From: Eledone cirrhosa
Taxonomy: Eukaryota
DNA length: 64,000 nucleotides
Direction of reading: 5' to 3'
Assembly (NCBI GenBank): GCA_964016885.1
Contig: CAXHJY010000604.1
Span: 7,394-71,393, forward strand
The position numbers were made by a program, and so were the translations under genes. Positions 13,110-25,620 of the stretch are shown piece by piece. How positions within the stretch are numbered: position 1 is the first letter of the stretch; every line of letters begins with the position of its first letter. The notes under the pieces were generated by a model. The model ran no database searches. It had not been told where the DNA came from and worked only from the letters and a program-made list of their open reading frames with translations.

Positions 13110-14132
13110 CTAGCAGTCGGACCCGGTATGCACAGGATAGGAAACGTGAAATAGCAACACACATATGCAAAGATTGAGGAATTTAGCTGTGTACTTTTTG
13201 AATTCCCTTATTCTCAGGGAATGATTGTTCTTCTACTGGAAACGTAGAACACCAGCAGGCCGAATCCAGTAGTAGCAGTGTCAGTGGGCTGATTGCGGAA
13301 ATCCTGTATGCGAAACGAGTAAGTAAGTGTTGTGGGGCGATGTATGTCGTAAGTCTGTTCACGAATTACGTCAGGGATGTGGAACACACGTCAGTCTGAA
13401 GGAGCGACGTAGTCAATTGTGTGAAAACCAAGTAGGGATATTGAGATGACAAAATCAGCGTGGCAACGCAGCTGCAGCAGAAAGGGGTCATAGTGAAATT
13501 AGCACAAACGCTGGGCGGCACTGGTTGCACTGCGTTTACACAGCAACAAAGGTGCGACAAAAGGGGTCACTCTGGAATTAGCACAACCGCTGTTCAGCGT
13601 ACTTGCACAGGGCGTTCATACTGTGGTGTAGGTGCAACAAAAGGGCTCTTAGTAGAAGTAGCACAGACGTGAGTTTTACGGTGTAAATAACACAGCAACG
13701 TACACGGGGCCCGGATTTGTGCGTGATGAAAGCACGAAGTGTCAACAGAGCCCTGACAAAAATTTTAAGGTCCTCCTCATTTCCTCAATCCCCTGAAAAT
13801 GGTCCTGCTTAAAAGTAAGTGTTGTGTCATCTGTTAGATAAACCAAATTTTTAACGAAATATAATACATTACTTACGATGTTTAAGTAGCGTTTATATTG
13901 AAATTCTAATTCGTAAATTTCCTAGAAACCATTAATGGAATCGGACTAACTAATGCAAGGGAACTAACTAATGTGTGCTGCAAATTTCGAGGAAATTGGC
14001 CTAATGTGGGCCCTAGGGCAGAAACAGTTAAAATATAAGTAATGTACGTGTAAAGTTTGAAAAAATCAGTCGGGTACTTCCCGAGTTTTAGGGATTTACG
14101 CAAACAGACATCCTCTGTTTTATATATATAGA
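13110..14132 (-). mobile_element. Non-autonomous Helitron, same termini, different interior
   Basis: Minus strand starts TCTATATATATAAAACAGAGGATG and ends cctgtgcataccgggtccgactgCTAG, at an A|T site. Confidence 0.88.
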
Positions 14133-14395
14133 TAATCAAATGACTTTTAAATGATTGGCACTTAAGATCATAAAAATCTATTACAAGAATCTTGTAGTAC
14201 AACAATTCTAAGGGTGGTGGTGGGAATTAAAGTAGTTGTGGTATGGAGCAGTGAGAGAGAGTCAAGTGAACACCATAAAACCCAGATCTCCCCATCTTCC
14301 CCAAGATAGTTTTTATTTTAGATTAGTTTCAGAAATATTTGGGGTCTATGTGAAATGAGCATTTGGACACATTCTTCTATTATGAAGTAATATTT

Positions 14396-14441
14396 ATTAC
14401 TTCTTGACTTTTTGGCTAAGATCAAAGTACAAAGTGTAATA
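14396..14441 (+). pseudogene. U2: U2 snRNA 5' fragment (truncated pseudogene)
   Basis: ATTACTTCTTGACTTTTTGGCTAAGATCAAAG(TACAAAG)TGTAATA versus U2 ATCGCTTCTCGGCCTTTTGGCTAAGATCAAAGTGTAGTA. The differences are transitions, several at CpG, plus a 7-nt duplication. Confidence 0.8.
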
Positions 14442-15595
14442 ATAATCATAATTGTTTCTACTTTAGGCACAAGGTCAGCAATTGGAAGGGAAGAGGAAAG
14501 TCCATTAAATTGACCCAGTGCATTATTGATGTGTTATCTTATTGACCCCGTGTGGGTGAAAGGCTAAGCTAACCTCAGCGGGATTCAAACTCAAAATGTA
14601 AAGGGCTGTAACTGTATAATAATTGTTTCTACTATTGGCATAAGGCCAGTAATTACCCAGTACATTACTGGTACTTTATTTTATCGACCCCATAAGGATG
14701 AAAGGCAAAGTTGACCTCGGCGGGATTTGAACTCAGAATGGAAAGGGCCGTAACTCTATGCGTCAAAGCATGACATCCGACCCTCTACCGATACTGCCAA
14801 TCCACCGTATAATAATAATAATTGTTTCTACTTTTAGCACAAGGCCAGCAATTATCCCAGTGCATTACTGGTGCTTTGTTTCGACCCCATAAGGATGAAA
14901 GGCAAAGTTAACCTCTGCAGGATTTGAACTCAGACCGTAAAGGGCCGTAACTCTATGCTGCAAAGCATGGCGTCCGACCCTCTACCGATACTGCCAATCC
15001 ACTTGGTTTCTGATTAGGCACAAAGTGAAAGTTGATTAAATCAACTCCAGTGCATTACTAGTATGTTATTTTACTGCCTCCCGTAAGGATTAAAGGCAAA
15101 GCTAATCTTGGTGGGATTTGCAATCAGAACGTAAAAGGATGTAACTATATAATAATAATGGTTTCTGATTTAGGCATATGGTCAGCAATTTGAAGAGAAA
15201 AGGAAAGTTGATTGAATTGACCCCAGTGCAATTACTGGTGCTTTATTTTATTGGCCGTGTAAAGATGAAAGGCTAAGCTAACCTCGGCGGGATTTGAAAT
15301 CATGTAAAGGGACATAACTATTTAATAATAATAATAATAAGCTAACCTTGGTGGGGTTTAAAATCAAAATGTAAAGGGTTGTAACTATGTAATAACAATA
15401 AAAATTGTTTCTACTTTTGGCACAAGGCCAGCAATTACCCAGTGCATTACTGGTACTTTATTTTATCGACCCCGTAAGGATGAAAGGCAAAGTTAACCTT
15501 GGTGGGATTTGAACTCAGACCATAAAGGACTGTAACTCTATGCTGCAAAGCATGGTGTCCGACTCTCTACTGATACTGCCAATCCACCGCATAAT
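14437..15595 (-). mobile_element. Head-to-tail array of ~6 full and 1 partial tRNA-derived SINE (family A)
   Basis: Repeated tttatcgaccccgtaaggatgaaaggcaaagttaacctcggcgggatttgaactcag units separated by (AAT)n. B-box GAGTTCAAATCC on the minus strand. Confidence 0.92.
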
Positions 15596-16881
15596 ATTGT
15601 AATTTACCCATTACTGGTCATTAATTATCATTTCTCCATCAAAAGTTGAAGTTTATTGCAGACTACTTGCTAAATTACATACAATTTTTTCATATGGAAA
15701 CATTGTTTGCAGTTGCACAAAACCATTGTACTCTACCATTATCATTGATTGGATTTGATAAATGAATATAAACATTTGATAAAAAGGTTCTACCCTTGAA
15801 ATATTATGAAATATAGGGTAAAAACTATTGTTTTTCTTATTTTACTCTCCTCTAGTTTCACCATTGCATTTCCTATTCACATTACACCAGCTCTCTCAAT
15901 ACATTTTTAATTACATGTCTCACAATGCTTATATAAATTATATCACTAAACGCAACATTATCAGAACTGAAATATAACAAACTATTTTTAATTCTTACTT
16001 CTAGTATACATAGATTACACCATGATTGTCAGTGTCAGATTAATATACTAGTAAATATATCTCTAGGTACTTGTGGCTAACAAGTTTTATAACTGAAATC
16101 ATGGTGGGGCAGCTGACCTGTTTTCTTCCACCCACCACAAGTAAACACCATGTCTATTGTAATTGTCTTTTTATTATAAACTGTTTTACTGTTCTGTTAT
16201 TGTTTTATGAAATTGTTGATGTTATAAGCTGTGAAACCTATCTGAACACATTAATATTCTCATAATTAACTTGAACTGGGATGGTGGATTGTTAGAGAAT
16301 CGGTTAGATGCTTAGCAGTACTTGTTCTAGCACTTTATTTTATTAAGTTCAAATTCTCCTGAGGTCAACTTTACCTTTCATCCTTCTAGGTTCGATAAAG
16401 TACCAGTCAAGTATTGGGGTCATTATAATCTACTTTCCCTTCCTCCAAATTGCTTAAATTAGAAAACATAATTAACCTGAAAATAGACCTTACATTAAAT
16501 TCCTAAGTTTATCCTACCACTGGCATTATGTTGTGTTTTTAAACAGAAAGCATAGCTAAATAGTTAAGAAATTTGTTTGCAATCTCCCATCAGAAGGGGG
16601 CAGGATTTGAACTCAGAACTCACAGAGCCAGATAAGATACTACAAAGCATTATGTCCCAATTTCTAACAGTTTCACCAATCCACCTCACCCACTGAAAAG
16701 ATGATAGGCAAAGCTGTTATTGACAGGATTTGAACTCAAGAGTTGGAACAAATACTGAGGTATTTAACTCTTAACACCCCTGAATGATTTAGAAAATACT
16801 GAGGTATTTAACTCTTAACACCCCTGAATGATTTAGAAAATGTCAAAAGATCTGTTTGTTAATTCAAATGTTTATATATAT

Positions 16882-18370
16882 AATAATAATAATAATAATG
16901 AAACTATTGTGTACAGTGCTCAGGTGCACTACAACTCATCAAAGGTGCATGTATAGTACATAGAATAATATACAAATGTCAGGGAAATGAATAGTGTATG
17001 AGTCATGATATACATGTGTGCGTGTGTATAGAGGGGGAATATTAGGTGTAGTGTTGGTGAATCTCGGGAAGCATGGAGGTTTTAAAGTATGCAGTGTCTC
17101 TGGCAGCTAACAACTGATGCAGGTAGTTTGTTCCATGCTTCAACAACTTTGAGTGTGAAAAAATGTTTCCACAAGTCATGGGAGCTGTACTGTTTTCTGA
17201 CTTTGTTGGCATGCCCACATGTGTTACACACATGGAAATCAAAACGGTACTCAGGGTTGTTGGCAAGATGGTTAATAATTTTGTGGGAGTTAACCAAGTC
17301 AGTTGCCAGATGTCAGAGCTTCAATGTATCCATGCCCAGGGAAGCAAGGCGTTCAGAGTATGGTAGATGCCTGATGGAGGGTATTAGCTTGGTTGCACGT
17401 CTCTGAACAGTTTCCAGGAGGTCAATGTTCTGAGCAAGATAGGGGTTCCAGACTGGTGATGCAAATTTTAAGTGTGGCCGCACCATAGCTATATACAGCT
17501 TTAAATAGATAGCTGGAGAGCGGCTGACAAAGGTCTTGCTGAGTGATACTAAGACACCCTCGGCTTTTGACAATTTTAGAGACGTGCTTCGTCCAATGCA
17601 AATCGCTGCTGACATTAATGCCCAGGTCACGTTCACAAGAAGACTTCTTGATATTAGTGTTTTGGAGGGACACTGGGTTTTTACTCCCAAAATGCATGGT
17701 GGTACACTTGTTCACAGCCAGCTTGAGTTGCCAGTCTGTGATCCATTGTTGCATTGTGTCCAGGTTAGATTCTAGGAAAGATAGTGTTCAAGATCTGTCC
17801 TTTTTATCTCAAGGTACAGCTTGATGTCATGTGCATATTTCATGTGGCATTCTTTAAGTTGGCATCTATGTCATTAATATATGCCAGAAACAAAAGGAGG
17901 CCAAGAACAGATCCCTGTGGTACACCAGATGACATCTCATACAGTGAGGAATGCTGTCCTAGAACCTTGACTACCACTCTTCAACTGAGAATGAAGGACT
18001 TCAACCAGTTAAAAAGATCATCCTTCACACCCATTGCAGAGAGTATTGCTAAGTCTTTTGTGTGGCACAGGATTGAAAGCTTTAGCAAAGTCAAGGTCAA
18101 CAACATCCACCCATGAGCCGCCATCAGTGATCCGGATGATGTCTTCAAGAAACTCGATAAGTTGATCACAGCAGCTGGAGTTAGGGATAAAACCAAATTG
18201 CGAGGGCCAGATAAGACTGTGAGAGTTACAGAAGTTCCAAAGTGTTTCTCTGACACAGGATTCCATCAGTTTTGCAATGCAGCTAGTAAGACTGACTGAA
18301 CGATAGTTCACAGATGATGTGCAGTCACCCTTTTTGAACAGAGGAATGACACTGGCAGTTTTCCACTGAG
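16882..18370 (-). mobile_element. 5'-truncated CR1-clade LINE with (ATT)n tail
   Basis: NYRSVSLTS, QFGF, LDFAKAF..VPH, SGVPQGSVLG, ERDLG, LYIAMVRPHL..WNPY..QRRATK and WNKLP motifs. 3' end tgcacctgagcactgtacacaat+(ATT)n. Confidence 0.92.
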
Positions 18371-19395
18371 GGCATTAAGAATTAATCTGATACTGTAATG
18401 ACTTCACTAACTCGCTGCAAAAACAAAACCTGTTAGAAAATTTGCTGAAAATTTTTTAGAATGAATAAGTAGAGGAGGTAGTTAGTATAATGAAGGAAGT
18501 AACTTATGTTGCAGATATCATCATCATCATCATCATATATCAGGTGTTGTTATGACAGATCTAATGACAAAATCAACACAGGTAAATCTTCTTCACTCAT
18601 TTGGGTGTATTTTACCTTGATACTAGTGGACCAGTACTATCCTCATACATTGAGTCTGGGATTGGTATGCCACATATACCAGGATTTCTGGATATATGAA
18701 AAATAACTCTTTCTTTATGGGCCACAAGGGCCGATATATGAAAAAAATAATGCAAACTTGAAAATTTGTGTTTTGATAAATTAATGGTTTGCATAAGTGA
18801 GACCCTATAGTTTATTTTGATTGCTGTCACAAAGAAGTAATTAAAGGTATAAGTGAGACCCTATAGTTTATTTTGATTGCTGTCACAAAGAAGTAATTAA
18901 AGGTAAGAATGATATTTTAATAATTTCTAGGATATTACATAAATGTTCAGCATGTATAAATAACATAGAGGATTAAATGTATGAGTAACTTTGGAGCAAT
19001 AATTATTCTCAGGGATAAATGTAGGAATAGAACCCAGGACCTTGTAATTGTAAAGTTAACTTCTTATTGTAGCAACATCATTGAGATAGGAAATGCACTG
19101 TGTGTATGTATGTCGGCATCATCCACATCATCACTGTTTAACATCTATTTTCCATGCTTGCATTTGTTAGTTGGGTTGTCACATACTGAAGCTTGACTGG
19201 TCAAGTGACCATGTTTTGCTCATACACACCATTTTTGGTTTGGTGTCTATGGCTGAATGCCCTTCCTAATGCCTATAAAAATTTACAGATGGAGATATAT
19301 AAAAATATATACACACACGATATATTATGGTTGATTAGATTGAGTTGAAGAGGAGCTCAATATTTTTGACAAATTATAAACATTTGCTGCTATAT

Positions 19396-19550
19396 AGGCA
19401 TAGCTGTGTGGTTAAGAAGTTGACCTCACAACAATGTGGTTTCAGGTTCTATCCCACTGTATGACATCATAAGTTGGTGTCTTCTACCATCACCTCAGGC
19501 TGACCAATGCCTTGTGAGTGAAATTTGGTTGACAGAAGGAAGCCCATCTT
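19396..19550 (+). mobile_element. tRNA-derived SINE family B (other copies ~22870, 23230(-), 36885-37035(-), 47885-48050, 53485-53640, 56450-56580(-))
   Basis: ggcatagctgtgtggttaagaagtt..ggttc..tcccactg..gtcttcta..gccttgtgagtgaaatttgg..agaagccc recurs in all copies. Confidence 0.75.
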
Positions 19551-20817
19551 ACATATATGCATGTGTGAGTGTCAGTTTATTGCATGATGAAGTTTGATGT
19601 AAGTGGTGTCATTTGTTCATGTACTGCACAAACAATTTGTCCTGTGGTGTAACAATCAACAAAGATATGTAATATATACTTATAAAATAAAATATGGGTT
19701 GATGTTAGGAATGACATCCAGCTATAGTAAAACTGCATCAAAAAGATTTGTCCAGTCCATGCCAGCATGGAAAGGCAGATGTAAAAATGATGATGATGAT
19801 ATAATATTCTGGAGTTGATCATGTATCCACTAGGAGTGAATAGCATAATAATTTTCATTGAATGAATACATTGTAGAATGTGAGGATAGATATTAGGTCA
19901 ATTTTTCTAAGACAGGATATAATCATTTGAATTAATTTCAATGTATTAAGTCATCTTTTGGCTGCAGTAGCTGATGGTCACAATCGTCTTCTGTCCATTG
20001 CAGCATTTGTAATCTATTGTGGTCTTGTGAGTAGCTCTTGTGGTCTCATGGATGGGTGAGTAGCTCTGGCTTCACCCATAAACAGTTCTAGTTTCATAGT
20101 TGGGTGATTACTTCTGGTTATTGTTGGAATTTGAATCCATAGCAGAATTGAACTTAGAACACAAAATGCTGGAAGAAATACTGTGGGACATATCGGCTGA
20201 TGGTCTAACAGTTCTGCCAGTCCATTGCCATGGATTGGTATTTTATTTTATCAACTTCGAATGGATAAAAGTTTTATTTAACCTGAGTAGGATTTGAACT
20301 CAGTACGCAGAAAGCAGGATCAAATAGCACAAGATGTTCTATCTGATGCTGTAATGCCTCTCAATTCACGACCTTATTAACAGTACTTGCTAGATGAGAA
20401 AATGTAGAGAGAGAGAGCATAACTCTAAGACATTCTATGTGTCTGTTTATTAGTCTCCCTAACTTATACTGCAATGTTATAGCATATAAATCCATTTGTT
20501 CTTTTTATGTGAGAAGATTTGGTTTCAGCAGTGTAGCTCATCAAATTGCCCAACCCAACAAGCGAAGTCTCTATACAGCCATTCAGCTTACTAGAAATAG
20601 CAACCAAATCTCATTCAAAATCCCCTGATTGTCTTAAAGAAAGATGAATAATGTATTCAAAAATGTCCACATGAATGTACAACCTGCCCCCACAAAAACA
20701 TCAACAACAGGATAATTAAGACTGGTACATCTTTGATATAGTTCTGCTTAATTAAGGCTATTCTGATGCTAAACAACAATAATAACTGAACTTCTCATCA
20801 ATTTCCAGTTTGGTGAT

Positions 20818-20895
<78 letters not shown>

Positions 20896-21569
20896 CATAC
20901 ATACATACATACATACATAAATACATACATACACACATGTACATGCACACATATACACACATAGTATTAACAATCAGGCTGTGAGATTGAGGAGGTCAAG
21001 TTATTACTCTCCTAACTTTTTATGCCTATGATAAAAAGAGCGATCAGGTCTTTTTTTTAATTAGTAAAATTAAGATATCATTTTCAAAAGAAATATAAGA
21101 AAAACCATTATAATTGAAAAATATTCAAACCATTTTTGCTTTTAGTAATTTCAAAATATAAAATCATATCTTTTGTGTGATTGTCTCCTCATTTAAGCAT
21201 GTATTCCATCGTTATAGGATTTTTGAAATTTTTTGTATTGGGATAGGCACCAAGGTGTATGTGACATCCTTCCTAGAATTGTTTTAGCATTTTGTTTATA
21301 TTGCTAATAATATATTGTTTCTACTTTTGGCACAAGGCCAGCAATTACCCAGTACATTACTGGTACTTTATTTTATCGACTCCTGTAAGGATGAAAGGCA
21401 AAGTTAACCTCGACGGGATTTGAACTCAGACCGTAAAGGGACGTAACTATGCTGGAAAACATGGTGTCCGACCTTCTACCGATACTGCCAATCCACTGTC
21501 ATATATAAACATGAACATTACAACTTCATTCCATCATTTTCTATAAATCTGTAAGCAAGCCAGACAAAA

Positions 21570-22190
21570 GCGGGTAAGCCAGTTGACATGAGTCATTGTA
21601 AAGGGGTGGTCAACTTTTCACAACTTTTAGTTATTTTAAGTCCTTTAGTTCATCATGTACATTAAACATACATGTCTATACCCATAACCCAATCATAAAT
21701 CCTATTATTTAACACTGATTACTAAAATACTTAATGGGCAATTTGGAGGCTGAGTGCACAGCTTTGGAGGGTAATTTGGGGTTACATTTTACACTTGACT
21801 TAGGTCTTTTACCAGCTTTAGAGAGTAATATGGAGCCCCACACCACATTCTAAAGCTGGTAATAAGCCCAGGCCAGATGTAAAATGTAGGCCCCACATTA
21901 CCCTCGGTAAAATCTTACATCTGACCTATAGGTGGGGCCTATTTTACATCTGGCTTGGGCTTATTATCAGCTTTGGATGGTGGAGTGGTACTACATTTTA
22001 ATCTGACCTATGTCTTTCACCAGCTTTGGAGATTGAGGTGGGGGGGCTATATTTTACATCTGGCCTGTGTCTATTAACAACTTTGGAGGTTGTTAGGGGC
22101 TACATTTTGCATCAGGCCTTGGCTTATTACCAGCTTTGAAGGGTGTGGACTACATTTTACATTTAGCATGGGCCTATTTCCAGCTTTGCT
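21570..22190 (+). repeat. Dispersed element containing a ~40-45 bp minisatellite (inverted copy at ~62215-62750)
   Basis: Unit attttacatctggcctgggcttattaccagctttgg. Unique flanks (gggtaagccagttgacat; ctgatttactaaatacttaatg) recur as reverse complements at 62600-62750. Confidence 0.8.
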
Positions 22191-23389
22191 CTGGTTTGTC
22201 TGCAAGAAAATATTTTTGTTTTCTAATATATGTTACTACTGTTACATGTGAACACCAAGCAATGATTATCTTCAGATAGAATTTCATTTTTCTCTCTCTC
22301 CCCTTCTTCTCTTCTTTCTCGATATTAATTACAGCTCTTTACCAGACACATGCTCCACATAGCTAAACTTATTGAAAGAGAATCTCTTTCATTTCAAAAT
22401 GAAGAAAAAAAAAAAAAAAGATGTTTTCACTCTTGGGGTGAAAATCAAACCTTTTAAATAGTACAACTTTGATCACCCATATTTTTTTTAAATTTATACC
22501 AACTGCCTTTGGTATTTTTTTACTGGGACTTGCCTACACCACTCTACAGAGGAAAACCTATTTGCTTGTAAAAGCTTTTCTCACAGAAACTCATTAATTT
22601 CAGGTTCACTGAGGAACTGTGTTTTTTTTTCTTTTTTCTGTAAGTTCTAAAATAGATTTTGCCCCACATAATACATAAATTGTTCCTTTGTATTTATCAA
22701 CCCACTTCTTATTACTATGTTTCTCTGTTAATACTTATATGTATGTATATTATCTCTACCAAAAAGCTAATTGGTTCTCTCAAAATATTAACTAATTGGT
22801 TACTTTTTCTGCTTGAAATATATAGAAGTTCAAGAATTTTTCTTTTAAATTTCTTTTGTAGGCCAAGGATGCCGGCATGGCTGCATGGTTAAGCAGTTTA
22901 CTTTGCAATCATGAGGCTCCTGGTTTAGTTGCAGTGTAGGCCATCTTGGTGAGGTGTTGGGTTGACTCTAGTTGTCTTCATCAACATTATCATCACTTGA
23001 CGTCCATTTTTCCAGCATAGGTTAAACGGGTTTTCCTGTTTGAGGCAGGTGGGTCAGGTGACCATGTCTTGCTCGGATAGGTGAACTTACCATAGACTTA
23101 GATCACCTCAATCCATCATGGACAGGTGTATTTACAATAGGAGGGATGGAATCTGTTTTAGAAGTCTGTTGGATATAAATGAACGTTACCACCTGGTAGT
23201 GTCAAATGCAAAGAGATGCTCACACACATGACAGGTTCCTTACAATTATTGCCACCAAATTTACCTATAAAGCATTGGTCACTTTTCCAAGTTGCTATAC
23301 AGAGGGATAGAACCTGAAACCATGTGAATTCCGGTACAATAAAATAAAATCTGTGTGATTTAAAGTTACGGCAGAACCGAGCACCACCA

Positions 23390-24780
23390 CTATCATCATC
23401 GTTGTTTTATGTCTACTTTTCTATGCTTGCATGTGGTGAACAGGTCTTTTCCAGCATCTCTCCACTCATCGTGGTCCTTCGCCAACTTGACTGTGAGATC
23501 AATGATTTGAAAACCAACTTTCACAAACTCTGCCCAAGCCTTCTTTGGTCTCCCACTACTGTAGCTCCTTTCCACTGGGATTTCTTAGCACTTCTTCATC
23601 CAGCAATCATCTATATATATAAAACTGAGGATGTCTGTCTGTGTGTGTGTGAGTTTGAATCCCTAAAACTCGAGAACCACCCAACCGACTGTTTTCAAAC
23701 TTTACACATGTAATACTTATGTTTCAGGGAGTGTTCTGAGCAAAAAAAAAATTTCAAATTTTCAAAGCCCTAGGGACCGCATTAGGCGATTTAGCAATCT
23801 CTCTCTATAATTCTTAGTCTTTCTCTTTTTAGATAGATGCATACATATAACGTCGCGCCCTTATAATATTTGTCTATGTCTGAATGTCTGCATTACATCA
23901 CTTCCCTGAGGATGTCTGTCTCTGTGTCTGTGAGTTTAATCCCTAAAACTCGAGAAGTACCCAACCGATTTTTTTCAAACTTTACATGTGTATTACTTAT
24001 GTTTCATGGAGTGTTATGCACATAAAAAAATTTTTTTGAACTCCTTGGGCCCGCATTAGGTGAAAAACTGCGTTTTTTAAGGTTTGTAGGGGTTTTTTGA
24101 GGCGTTACGTCAGACCGATTTCCTTGAAATTGTAACTATGTATTAGTCAGTCTCTTCTTCATACCGTGAGCAAAGAAAATCCAACTTTTTTATGGCCTAG
24201 GTGAAAAACTTCATTTTTTTCAGCTTTTTAGGGCGATTTGGAGTCGTTACGTCTAGCCGATTTTTCCCGAAATTTCAAGGCATATTATGCACATAAAAAA
24301 AAATTCATTTTCTTGATCCCTTAGGGCCCGCATTAGGTGAAAATCTGCATCTTTCCTGCTTCATTGAGGAAAATCTTAAAGATTATCCAGCCATCAGAGT
24401 ATTGTTTATTTTCTTTATATATTGTCCAGGCATGCAGTTTTTCCACGATTAGGTTTTTGTTCCAAAATACCTTATCCCGTGCAACGCCGGGTACCACTGC
24501 TAGTCATCTATAAACATCACATGGCCAAACTTCCCTCCTGCACACTATATCTGATTCCTCTTATATATAGCTTTTCTCGTAGCTGATCCATTTTTGTCAT
24601 TCACACTCATTGTCCATCAGAGCATACTTGCTTCATTTCTCTTTTGCTTTTACATATCCTCTGCATTTATTGCCCATGTCTGGCTACCATGCAACATTGC
24701 ATTTCACACAGACATTATAAAACTGCTCTTTCTTTCATAGGGAGAAACTTTTTCCATCCTGTTCTTATCCTAATTATTAT
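23390..24780 (-). mobile_element. Decayed RTE LINE 3' fragment, split by Helitron
   Basis: Across the Helitron site the minus strand reads FGHVMFIDDDCWMKKC. An MLHGSQTWA-like motif lies near 24680. Confidence 0.75.
23610..24503 (+). mobile_element. Non-autonomous Helitron inserted in an RTE LINE fragment
   Basis: TC start, cccgtgcaacgccggg hairpin plus CTAG end. Near-identical to 11350-12168. The empty site rejoins the RTE sequence. Confidence 0.92.
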
Positions 24781-24939
24781 GCTCTCTAGGATTGAAAAAC
24801 ATTTATTTTACTGATATTCTTGCTTCTAACTATCCCTGTGTATCTGCCACATATGAAGTTTGCCTTTTCTATTAGTTTGCCTACACAGGGTATTTAATCC
24901 ATCTTGCTACCTTTTCTGTCAATGATTGCCTTCCTTTTT

Positions 24940-25620
24940 CTTATTCGGCCTCTTATTCCTGAGAAGGTTGTGGGGGCAGAGTCCTCAAACACTTCTTCCA
25001 GTGGTTCCTGTCAGAAGCAACTGTCTCCAACTGATCTGGCTGGATCCCTAAGCAAGACCAGCCAAGCTCATGGATATTATCCAACCATCATGCTCGGGGT
25101 TTACCTCTGGGTCTCCTGCCAGCTGGATTGGCCAGTAAAATCTATCCAATGATTCTTTCCTGAGACATACTAACCACATGCCCAAAGTATCGGAGTTGTG
25201 ATCTCTCAATTTGGAGTAGTGGCTCTATCTGGAGTGACCTTCTGATCTCCAAGCTATGCACTCTATCAAGTAACATTACTCCAAAGACCCCGTGGAGGAA
25301 TCCCATTTTGGCCGCTTGTATTCACTATTGTAGTCTTTCAGTCATTACTCAAGATTCATGACCATAGGGAAGGTTTGGCACAAAAACCAAATTAAAGATA
25401 GCAAATTTGGTTTTTACACCTACTTATGATTACCGAATGCTGAAGCTGGCACATTACTGCACCAGCTCCTGCAATTCTTGCACTTAATTGAGCCTGGACC
25501 CAGAGATACTTGAACTTCTTTCCTGCTTCAGTGGAACTCCATTCACATGTAGAGTGCCGTGCACAGGCTTCCTTGAGAGGACAAGTGTCTCAGGTTTCTC
25601 CCTTAAATATTGAAATGATT
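24940..25620 (-). mobile_element. Second RTE family (Rex3/Expander-like) fragment; further copies ~35525-35950, ~37190-37535, ~53240-53450 (all minus)
   Basis: LKQER-FKYLG, YGHESWVMT..QAAKMGF, EPLLLQIERSQL.Y..HVV.MSQER..RPR motifs. Confidence 0.82.

Noticed and set aside
16750-16840. Short tandem duplications (~44 bp here, ~54 bp at 18794-18904)
   Set aside because: Ordinary slippage duplications with no further structure.
21780-22190. Repeat-spacer appearance resembling a CRISPR array (also 14437-15595, 29590-30110)
   Set aside because: Degenerate eukaryotic minisatellite or SINE units with no unique spacers and no cas genes.
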